From contig CAJFCJ010000007.1 of assembly GCA_904063045.1 (NCBI GenBank), forward strand, positions 3,231,404-3,295,403: 64,000 nucleotides of DNA. The letters are read 5' to 3'. Source of the stretch: Dimorphilus gyrociliatus. Taxonomy: Eukaryota > Animalia > Annelida. Made by a program: the position numbers and the translations under genes. Shown here in pieces: positions 36,401 to 48,600 of this stretch; within the stretch, counting starts at the first letter, position 1, and each line of letters starts with the position of its first letter. Below the pieces are notes generated by a model. That model made no database searches. It had not been told where the DNA came from and was given only the letters and a program-made list of their open reading frames with translations.

Positions 36401-39071
36401 GGAAAGATTACGATAGTGTACACGTCGACTCAACAGTTTCTAGTCTTTTATACCATAAACAACTCGTTGAATTGAACATTTTGTATTTAAGAACAGCAAC
36501 CTGCTTCCATAATGCTAAAAGATTTAAGGAATTTATAAAGAAAACAGAGAAACTTCTTGTTTCTGACAAATATCCATTCCTGATTGACAGTGACTATTTA
36601 GAAGAAAGATTATATTATCAAGCAATTGCTACTTTTCCCCAACTTCTTAAATTAGAAATGGGGAGAAGAGAAAATGAATTACTCCAAATTGCAGGTGATT
36701 TCGTTTCCAGTCCTATATTGGGTCATAAAGCCAAACTTAAGGAAAGAAAATTACGAAGTGGTCTAAGGCCTAAGGAGGTTTCTTATTTAAGTTATTTTTA
36801 GGATTTATTCTAATAATTTTTCTTGATCTATTTAGCACAAGACAAGATTACGGAGTTTAAATGATGACAAAGTTGATATGGAAGCTATCCGAAATTCAAA
36901 TGATGTCAATAGTGACGATTCCAAATCACCAACGAACATGTCAAAATCTATATCAATAGTAAATGGTACGCGTTAATTTCAATGAGATAAATTATATGAA
37001 AAGTTTATTCATTTCTTACTCTTTAGGCTTTCATAAGGATCAAAACAAGGCTAAAATAATATTAGTTGATCTATTTAATAGAATAAAAAATGAACCACCA
37101 ACAGTACTATATCGATATGTGTGTGGTGCTTTGGCATTGCTTTCGGACAATCCTGTAGAAAAGAGTTTCTATCTGACAGAAACGCACGGAATCACTTACA
37201 GACATTTTTTACCTCTGGTTATGGCAAAAAAATTTGAGTAAGTTTAATTATTTTGTAATTAATATAATAATTCCAATTCAGATATTCTAAATTTATTCTA
37301 TTGTACTTAGATCGTCAACAGAATGCTATTTAAATAGCGTTAAGTATATAAAATTTGGAAGTGATTGGACCAGTCACCACACAATGGTGAAAAGTATTCC
37401 AAAAAGTAATTCTATTTACATTGTTTATTGGATGAATATAAATTCAGCAATTATTTTTAATATTTATAGATATAACAGTCTGTCAACTAACTGTCGCAAG
37501 ACCGTCTAAAATTCACAATCAACGTTTATTTTTGACACGCTATAATGAGAATCTAGGACCGATTGTGATTCCCTTAGGGGGTTTTGAATTAAATGAGGTA
37601 ATTATTTAAATATATGTATATATATTTATTTAATGTATAATAGCACAGTTAATTATGTTTATTGTAACTATTAATTTTATAGTGTCAGAAAAACGTGGAA
37701 AAGTTTTCTGACTTGATTAAACAACAAGATTTTTCAACGTCGCTGACTGAGAAATATTCCTACTGGAAAACTCGAAATAAATTAGACAAAGAGTTGAAGG
37801 TAAAGAAATTAGTTTGTTTGTTTTTCTAATTTGTTGAATTGATGGGCATTTGTCTTTATTTTTGTTCGCATGATCTTAGACTCTATTGGAATCTTTAGAG
37901 AATAGTTTATTTGATACTTTTATCATCTTTATGAAACCCCTGCCGTTAGTTCAAACTGATTACGATTTATTACAAGAGAGAGCTATCAACCTCGCCGAAG
38001 AGTTTAACCTAAAAGATCACGTTCACTTTCTTATGGTTTGCTTATTGTTTATTTGCATAAATAATCCAAGTCTCATTAATATATGTTAAAATTTGTATAT
38101 AGGTACTGCTCAACGGGGCTAGTTTCTTAACAAGATCGAAAATTGAACAAACAGTCATCTTGTACTGCTCTTTTAACAAAACACCTGTAATATTCGATTC
38201 GGCCAAGCTGACAGAGATGATTGTCAAATACGAAAAAGAGCTTAATTGTTCTGTTATGACAACTCGACCACTAGTCCTCATTATCGATAGGGTAATTTAA
38301 TTTGATTGAAAAGTATTGACATTTTTACACAAATCAACTTCTGTACAGTTATTGCAACATATACCTTTTGAAAATATGCCGTTTTTGAGGGATAACTATA
38401 AAAGCTATCGTATGCCTTCTCTACACTGCATACCGCAGCATTATTACTTGATGGATAAGGAGAGCATGGTTACTAAAAACGCTTATTATGTTTTGGATCC
38501 GGACAATAATTTACCAGATTCTCAGAAGCTTTTATTACCTTTCTTTGAAAAACTAGGTTGGAGTGGTGCTAAAGGAAAATTACCGGATTGGGAGGAACTA
38601 AAGATGGTATTGGAATCAAAGAATCTATTTGTGTATGCTGGTCACGGTTCGGGAAGCCAATGCTTTTCAAAAAAAGAAGAATTATTTAGACTAAAAATGA
38701 AGTCGACAGCTATTTTAATGGGATGTAGTAGCGTTCGATTGACAACGGAGGGAGAATTTGATGCTTGGGGAAGAACTGTATTGAATTTTCTAAGCAGTGG
38801 ATGGTAATTAAGAATTAAATTATATTTCATTATAAATAAATACTAATTATGAATTTTGAAATTTTCCAGCCCAAGTATCATGGGAAATATGTGGCAAGTA
38901 ACTGATAGGGATATTGATCTGTTTACTAAAGAAGAGATATCCGCATTAAATTCCGTTGATAAGCACGAATATGTTCCGTTTATAAGCAAGGAAGCCCGTC
39001 AAAATTGCAAATTAAAATATTTAACAGCAGCTTCCCAAGTTATTTACGGATTACCTATTCGTAGTAAATGA
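33476..39071 (+). CDS. ESPL1: Separase (peptidase C50)
   Basis: Many short GT-AG introns. The helical N-terminal region includes HESCSCDYC. The C-terminal protease has RPLVLIIDRLLQHIPFENMP, RMPSL, YVLDPDNNLPDSQ, FVYAGHGSG (catalytic His), LMGCSS (catalytic Cys), GNMWQVTDRDID and YGLP. Confidence 0.93.
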
Positions 39072-39192
39072 AAAGTAAAATAACTAATCTTTTATTACTA
39101 AAAATCTATATTTCTTACGAATAATTAGAATCTAATTTAATTTAGTTATAAAACAAAAAGTCTGATAGAATAAAAATCAAAATTAAAAAAAA

Positions 39193-39256
39193 ATATTTCA
39201 TTTTTTATAAATATTTTTCATTTTTTATAAATATTTTTCATTTTATACAAATATTT
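39193..39256. repeat. ~20-nt AT-rich tandem repeat, about 3 copies
   Basis: The unit ATATTTTTCATTTTTTATAA starts at 39193 (shortened), 39211 and 39231. It lies between the convergent separase and VWA genes. Confidence 0.85.
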
Positions 39257-39691
39257 ACTAATTTATTCAGTAAATTTTGGAGTGGGAGGGGTTGGAGAGG
39301 GTGAAAGGAGGAAGAGGAGGAGAAGGAGAGGAAGGTTTTTTTTTATTTTTTCTTTGCTAAAAATAACAAAAGTTTCTAGGAATCCGATAAAATTATGACA
39401 ACATAAAATAAGAAGAGCAAAGTTTTGGAAACAAAGTCCAAATAGATCAACTTAAGAATTAATAAAAAACGTAGTTATTAGGTGGAATAAAAGGAAAAGA
39501 ATAGGGGAAAAGGACTTTTTAAAAAGTAAACTTTTCATTTGTCATATTAAAGAAATACGTAAAAAAGTTATATTTTTCCAAAGTTTTATGGAAAACTTTT
39601 CCTTTTTTAAGTGTCCAAGAAAATAGTCATTTTTTCCATATAAAATGCAGTAGCACCTGTGAATGCATTTCTTTCTCTCTTTGTCTTTTGC

Positions 39692-42600
39692 TTATTTACA
39701 AATAGAGTCTAATATACGATCAGCGGCGATGAAACTATCCCTTTCGTTTTCTAACAATTGAACAAAAGGCTCTCCTACTCCGCTCGCTATTTCTACTATT
39801 TCAGCCATATCGACCTGTCGGCCCATGGCGGCTACGTACAATTTTGCACCGTCGTTCTTGAGGGCATCAGCCTTAATCTTTGTTTGATTCTCATCGATAT
39901 TGCTCTCGCCATCCGTTATAACGATAACGTGATCCTGTACACCAATTCTTGCTCCGGATGAAACCTGCAGAACAGTATTTCTAACAAGCTCCAAGGCGCC
40001 TTGAGTGTTGGTTCTACCGCCGGTTAGTTTTGAGAAAACTACAGCATTGAGGAGGTCACGAGTGTCTGAGTATTCATTTAAGAGGAAGTGAACTGTCACC
40101 TCTGTTTCATAGCTAACTAACGCTACTCTAACCATATCTAATCGATATTCCAAACCAGCGACTATCCTTCTAATAAAACCTAGTTTAATCTCGTAGTATT
40201 CATCTGTCATGGATCCGCTTAGGTCGACGACAAAGACAACATCGGCTTGCCTAGTACAAGTTCTATCGCACGTTAAACCAGTAGATCTTATTGGACAATT
40301 ACATGTCCAGTGATTGATACCATTCAAGCATGTTCCACCGTTCAAGCAAGGTTGGCTTACGCATTCATTCTGCTCGTTGCAAACAGTTCCAACTATCCGC
40401 CTAACGACCTCGTTAATAGCTAGCAGAGAATTAAAATTGTCCGCAGTAAATACGTTAGCTTTTCCTGGATAAGAAGCTAGGGAATAAAGTTCCTTAAGGT
40501 TCAAATACTTTCCGATAGCTATGACTATTATATGTAGGCCAGCTTTTCTAGCCTTTACGGCGGCTTTTATTGTGTTTACATTATTCTTTTCGGCTGGTTC
40601 ACCGTCCGTAAAGAGAATAACATAGTTTGGAGCATCGTTACGATCGCCAGCTCTTTGCTGGTATACGTCTGAAAGTAACATATCAAAGGCGTATCCAATG
40701 TTTGTAGAACCACCGCTATATTTTATTCTTCTTAAAGCCAGCATAGCATCTTTCTTGTTAGAGAAAGTAGTTAAATTAAATTCAATTTTTGCAGTATCAG
40801 CAAAAGATACAGCGGATACTCTTACTGCGTTTAAATTGATATTTAATTGCAGTAAAATAGACGCCATCATCTCTCTAACATCTGGGAAATTTTCTTGCGT
40901 AATTGAACCCGATCGATCGATTACTATTGATAAATCGAATTTTGAATTACATTTTCTTTCACAGTTCAAACCAGTAGCCGTTAGAGGGCAAACGCATTCG
41001 TAAGTGTTGATTAAGTCTTTACAATTTCCTCCATTTTGGCAAGGTGACGTTATACATTCATTTATCTCGTTGCACAAGCTACTGATAAGACGATCTTTTA
41101 CTGAAAGAAGCGATATGAAATCGTCTATGCTTATAAGAACGTTAGGATTATCGGCTAAAGCTACAAGTTCAATATCTCGGAATTGATCGCCGATAGCGAT
41201 GACAATAATCTGAATGCCTTCTTGTCTTGCTAATCTAGCCTCCTTTATAGTTTCTTCAACATCTGTTGATTTACCATCTGTAATAATTATTCCGACTTTC
41301 GTAGCTCCTTGTCTAGCACCTTTTCTCTGAATAAACATCTCGGTTCTTAAAGCTTTTATTGCGGCTGCTGTATTAGTCTTTCCTCCAGTATAATATGGTA
41401 CAGCTAAACCATCTAATAAACTAAGCCTATCGTCCACAAAATCGCCAAGGTTCACGTATATTTTTCGATCATCTCCAAATGTTTCCAAGCCAACTCTCAC
41501 ATTTAGAGGCAATTCAGTTACAACTTCTCTGATAAAGCCCATCATTATTTGGAAATTTTCTCGGCCTATTGAACCTGAAGTATCGACTGCAAATACAACG
41601 TCCGTGGAATCCTGACAATTTTGATCACAATTTGATCCAGATTTTCCAATAGGACATTGACAAATATACGAATCAACTGTATCCAAACACTTTGAATTAC
41701 GAATGCATTTTGACGATGAAAGACACATTCTCTCTTCTATTAATTAGGAAAGAAAAGAAGCGAATTATTGATAAATTACTCTGGAAAATACTGCAAAAAG
41801 TATCTAATATACTGTATAACTTACTATAGCATATCATTCTGTGCAGTTTGTCTTGCCATTTATTGTGATTATTAATTTGTAGAAGCTGAATGAATTTGTC
41901 AACAAATATAACGTTATTGGTAAATGGATAACTAGATATTGTCTGTAGTTCATCCTTGTCTAGGTAACTGTAATAGTTTTAATATCAGTAATTATTATAG
42001 ATTATTTAGTCCTATACAATACCCTCCTACTCCAATAGATATTATATGAATATTCTCTTTCTTGGCTAAACTTGCTTCGTGGGATGCTAAACTTTTATTA
42101 TTGGAGGCTCCGTCTATCGAATTAAAATTTAATAGATAAGGAAGAGAATACTTTCTATATTAATAAAAGATTAATAATTTACCAGTTAAAACGATTAGAT
42201 AACGTTTCGCATTTGGTCTAGAACCATTTTGAGGTGTAAACATATACTTTCTAGCAAATTCAATAGATTCGCCAAGATAAGCCTTTCCTTCTCGATTGTA
42301 TTCGCTCTGCAAATTGAATTAAATTTTAGGTGAGTTCTATATATAAATATAAACTGCAATAGTTACTGTAAAAAGAGCATTTCTGAAGTCTTCAACGTTG
42401 CTATAACGATTCAAATGGAATTTTAACTCAACTCCTTTTCTGAATATGATAACTCCCACTCTAGTTTTCTTAAAATCAAAATTTGACAATAGTTCCTGAG
42501 TGAAGATGAGCGAGTAGGCGAAACTTTTACCGGAAATAGAAGCTGAACCGTCTAGGATAAAAACGACATCGGATAATACGCAACCATCGGGAGGAGCGGG

Positions 42601-45600
42601 AGTAGTGGGGGGAGTAAAAGTGGGAGTAGGAGTGGGAACTGGAGGAGTAGGTGTTGGAACTGGAATGGGAGAGGGTGATGGTATTGGAACAGGTATAGTA
42701 ACAGGAGGCTCGACAGTAATAACTATAGGAGTAGGCGTTGGGACGGGAATCGTTACCGTAACTGGAGTCGGAGGTCCAGTAGGCTTTATTCCGCTCTTTA
42801 GAGAAAAGATCACAATAAATTTTAATATTCTATGTGTACGCTATAACTCACATTCAATTGCGAAAGACACATTCCAGCTGAAAAAGCGTAGGAACATTCA
42901 TTATCCGAACCGTAAACGTAGACAGCAAACTTTCTCTCAGTCGGTAAACCGGATAAAGTAAAAGAGTTTCGTCCAGATTGCAAACTGATAACACTTGTCT
43001 CCCAGTTAACATTAGAAAATGACTGCCAAGAGTTGGTCTCGTAAGGTCTATCGTTTAATCTAATGTTAGATCTATAACCCTTTTCAATAATTACTCTTGC
43101 AAATCCATTAGTTGGTGAAGCGAAATGGAAACTATTCGGAAACTGTTCCATAGGCGGAACAATAATCATACTAGGCTGTGAACCATCTTCTCCTCCGTAG
43201 ATGATAGACACAGAGATTGGAGAACCATTGCGTAAGCGTCCACTTTTCGTTGTAATATATTGTAGTTCGTTGTTATTACCGACACCTTCCCATGTATCGC
43301 CTACAAACTGAGATGTATATCTTCCACCGCCATTTACAAATAAACTTATTCCTTTCTCTAAGAAGGTTATTGCAATATAGTATTTCCCTCTTGAAGGGTC
43401 AGGCGCCGCAAGGAACTCTGTACCCCAACTATTGGTTGGAGTTAATTGCTCTAGAAGAGTATCTTTTTGTCCTGTACGAGCTACTTGAGTATCATAATAA
43501 CCAGAGAAAACTGCAGCTGAATCTCCTTGGATTACTTCAACTGCAGTACCTCTAAAATCGCCTCTTGTGGTTACCAGTTGTAAATCTTCGTTGCTTTGAA
43601 CTTGAACTTGGAAGATATCGTTACGACGATAAGTCTTCCCGTCAAGACTAACCTCTATATCTCTATTCGGTAATCTTATTTGTGCCAGAGTTGAGCGGAA
43701 ATTCGACGATCCAATATAGCTTAGAACTGATTGTCCGTTAGTTGTCCTTGGACCGGAAACGAAATACTGAGTTCCTAACGTATTCGTTGGATAAGCATTG
43801 TAAGCAGAACAAGTGGACGAACTGTCTCTCATATAAACTACTACACTAACATCGGTTGATGCTTCAATTCTTGCAAAAGTTCTACCCTTTCCAGATACTG
43901 TTCTTTGGTGAAGAACTCTTGGGTTAATATCAATAGTTTCTACTGCTCTTCTACCAATACTTCTCCTAACTGGATTAAATCCTTGTCTATATTAATATTA
44001 ATAGAATCAATGAAATTAGAATATAATAGCAATATTCATTTATATATATATATTAGTAATATAGATATATATATATATATATATATATATTTACTCAAAG
44101 TAGGACAATGTTATGGACGCTCCATTTTCGGTTGAGATAAGTACTTGAATGGATTGAATTGTAGATGATGAAGCTACTGGGAAAGAAAGATGGAAAATTC
44201 TTCCAGTAGTACTATTAACACAAGGTTTGTCTGTAGGAATTAATATAATGATAATAATAAAGAATCATCGAAAGAAATCGGAATATTTATGAAATTAACC
44301 AGTAGTAGGAGTAGTTGTAATCTCAGGAGTTACTGTTGACGTTGGCCTAAGAGTGGAAACCGTTGGAATAACTATATCACCCTATAAAAAGGAAGAAGAA
44401 TATAAATATCATAAGCATATCCTCTATAATATTCCTATCTTACTCCAATAAAATTAAGACATTGTCCAAGTGAAAATGAATGTGCAGCATTACTTTGAGA
44501 TCCGTAAAAGAATGCCGAAAATCCAACAGCAGTAATAGCATCAGTATTCCAAAACAATCTATATGTTCCTCTTGTAATTCTGAAATAAGCTGTCTCCCAA
44601 TTACTAACTGATGAACTATATCTTCTCCAATTATCTACAAAAACATTCACAGGTAACATTAATTTCAGTAAAAGTAATAGGCCTAGATATATTCTTACTT
44701 GCTTGAACAACCAATCCATTCAAAAGTAGTTTATCCCGTCTATTTCTAGGAATAACTACTCTTAGATCGCCGTCGGTTGGTGCGTAGAAATAAAATTGAT
44801 TTTTATATTGTTCTATTGGTGGAACCAGAGCGGAACTCACTCCACCGCCGTGTTCAGTACCGAATGTCTCTGTTACCAATACGTTAGAATTTTGGGAATT
44901 TTTATTTGTTGTTAAGTAATAGATATTATTCATATCTAGCTCAGTTTCCCAGACATCACCAGCAAATTGAGAAGTGTATCTTCCTCCTCCATTTAAGAAG
45001 ATAGATATACCTTTCGTGAGGAAGGTTGCGGATACTGTCCACTTTGAGAAACCTGGAAACGGAGCCAACAGGAATTCACGACCCCATGAGGCAATTGGAT
45101 TCAATTGACTAAAGAAACCATCAGATTTTTTAGAGTTTTGTATTAAAGGTTTGACAAAACCAGCAAAAACGCTGATTGATCCACCGCCTTCGACGTTTAT
45201 TAGAGTTTCCTGGAAGGAACCTGCTTCTGCAACTAATTGTAATTCTTCTTCACTCAATAATTGAACAACTAATTGTTCACTTTCTTTATAGGTTCGACCA
45301 TCGAAAATCATTCTGAAGCCTATGGTTGCTGGTAAAGAAATTCTAACTGTTGTTGACCTATGATCTCGATGGGCTATAATATTCAAAACTGACGTTCCAG
45401 AGTCAATCATTCTTCGGCCACCAACAACATAATTGAGACCAGTAACATCGACAGGAAAGCCTGTTACAGATGAAAGATAACGAAATTAAGGTAAAAGATA
45501 ATGTACCATGTATTATTTACCAGAGTAAGAGAGATAAGAATGCTCTGAACCAGAATTTGGCTGATCATCCTCGCTAGCGGCAAGAATAACTCCAATTTCT

Positions 45601-48600
45601 TGACTGGCGCTAATTCTGATTGCTAAATTTCTTTTAAAAGATTTAACTGATCCTGGTGGTGACAGTGCTTTATCAATATTAACTCTGATAGCGTTATCCG
45701 GTGATACAACTGATGCTATGTTTCCTATTGAAAGTCTGTTTAATTCAAATGTTTAGTTTTCATTAGACAACTAAATGAAAGGTTCATTAAGAATAAATGA
45801 CTTGTATATTACTTTGGAAACATTATAGTTGCTGTTGTAGTCTGTTTTGATGAGATGTAAATATCAAGGGATGATACAGTGGTGAGTAGTGATGGGAATG
45901 ACACGTAAAATTCCTTTCCAAAAGTTGAATTCCTACAACTATCAGCTGGAGGAAGAAAACCAAAACATTGTATTTATTCTAATAATAAAATCTTCTAATT
46001 ACCGTAATTAGCCACAAATGGATTCGGTGGATCTGTTACTACTGTTGTCGGATGTGGAAGAGTTGTTTTAGTTGTTATAGTTGTTACAGTTGTAACAGTT
46101 GTTCTGGTTGTTGGTTTTCGAGTTGAAATGTCCAATTCACCCTAGTTTTGTCAATGAACTCAAATAATTATTGAATGGTAGAAATTATTAAATACTTACG
46201 CCAATACGATACAGGCATTGACCAAGGGAAAATGAATAGGCAGCATTATTTACATTAGCGAAGAAGATAGCTAAAAATCCGCTGGTTTCTGATTCACCTT
46301 TCCAAAATATTTGATGGACACCTGAACTTACGCTTACGGTTGTAACTTCCCAATTATTACCGAAAGATGATGATGAGAAGGATTTCCAATTTGCTGGAAA
46401 GGAAGATTTATGAATACTAAAATTTGAATAAAGTTTATTATTGCTTTACATGAAGTATACGAAGCATCGTCTAAGAGTAGGCTGTTTCTCTTATTCTTGG
46501 GTATTGCTATTGATAAAATCCCGGTCGATGGAGCAAAGAAGTAGAATTGGTTTTTATATTGAGCAACAGGTGGCACTACAACAGTACTACTGTCCCCACT
46601 ATCTGATCCGTAAGTAACAAGTACCATTATCTTTGAGTTTTCGACTGATTTTTTTGTTGAAATTGTATAGACCTGTCCATCAGTTAATTCATTTTCCCAA
46701 ATGTCGCCAACATATTGCGATGTATATCGGCCACCTCCGTTTAAAAATATCGAAATACCCTTATCCATGAACGTGGCAGAAACCTTCCATCCATTAACAT
46801 TAGAGTAAGGAGTTAGAAGAAATTCGTTTCCCCACGAAGTACTTGGAAACATTTGTTCATAGAGAGCGTCATTTCTCTGAGAGTTTTTAATTTTGGCTAA
46901 AATTGAACCAGAGAAGACGCTAATTTGACCTCCACCCACAACGTCTATAATAGTTCCTCGAAAGCTTCCTTCGTCTGCTGCTAGTTGAAGTTCTTCTTCG
47001 CTGAACAATTGAATTACTATCTGATCTCTCCTTTGATATTGTTTATTGTTATAAGTAAATTTGAGGTTGGTGTTTGGTAAAGTTATCCGAATACTAGTTG
47101 ATCTATATTCAGCAAAGCAAATAACGTTCAGAATAGATTTTCCAGATTCAAGATCCTTAGTTCCACCAATAACGTAATGTTTTCCTGTTACTCTTGTTGG
47201 AATTGCTGTATAAGCAACACGGGAATTGGAATTTTCTCTTGCGACAACCCTTACGCTTATATCTCGAAGTGATTGAATATTGACTGCTGCGTTCCTCTTA
47301 TACGATTCTAAATTGGACGGTGACGCTAATCTATTAATTCGAAATCTAGTAGATCTTCCTTGTTCGACATTAACCGTTCCACCATTTATTCCCAGTCTAT
47401 TTTAATAACAGTATAGTTTAATAATCATATAATAAGACACAGATATATTACTGACTTTGGATAAGTTATCGTTGCAGACGTTTCATATTTACTGGAGATA
47501 AAAACCTCCAAAGTTGAAACAGTAGATGACATAGATGGGAAGGAAATGTAAAAATTTTGACCACTTGTTGAATTTCTACATATCTCATCTGTAGATTCAT
47601 CAGTAATGAGTATAATTATGCAATTAGTTTTGAAGGGCTAAGACTATTTGCGTATACCGTAATGAGCAACTCCTGAAGCATACTTAGGAGTCGTGGGTGG
47701 ACGAGTTGGAGTAGAAAATTTTGTAGTGCTTGGAGGTTGAGTAGGTAAACTTGGTATTGTTGGTGTAGCTATTTCTCCAAAACATCTCCCCGCTACGAAT
47801 GAATATCCGCAATCTCCGGTAGAACCAAAAACATATACTAAAAACTTGCTTGGCTCTGTTCTATGCCACCATATTCTATGAAAACCAATCTTTAGTGGGA
47901 AAGATGCTATACGGTATTGATTAACCGTCCTCCAAACTATAGCTAAACGAAAATAGTATTATTTAGGTCTATCCATAAAAAAATATATTTATATTTTAGT
48001 ATAAATCTATAAAACTAACTAGGCTTAATAAATTCTCCGTCTATAACAAGATTATTCGTATTCTGACTCTTAGTAACTACAGTTATATTGGCCTCTGTTG
48101 GAATTGAAAATTCAGCTTGATTTCTCCATTGTTCAGTTGGCGGTATTGTCATTAAACTAGGTTGATTAAAGTCGTCGCCAAAATATTGAGCAACCATGAT
48201 TGGATTTCCTCCTGTATTTACTCTTGTAAATTTATTCGAAGATGTAATTTTGGTCCTAAATACTCCACCAGCTTTTCTATATATATATATATATAAAACC
48301 ATAAACGTTTCGTTTTAATGAGTATAGAGTCATAATATAATCATTATTGTTTTAATTATGACAAACCTAAATGTATGTCTACCTCCTCCATTAAAGAATA
48401 GTACGGTTGTTTCGTCAACTATAGATACTACTTCGATATAGTATTCTTGATTTTTTAGACCTGGATTTGGGACAATCAAATATTCGTCACCCCAAGTTGA
48501 AGCTTTAGGGATTTGAGTATATAGAGCGTCTTGATTTCCTTTAGAGCTATTAAAAAACAAAAGATATATTTATGAATAAAATATTTGAGTGAATAGTTAA

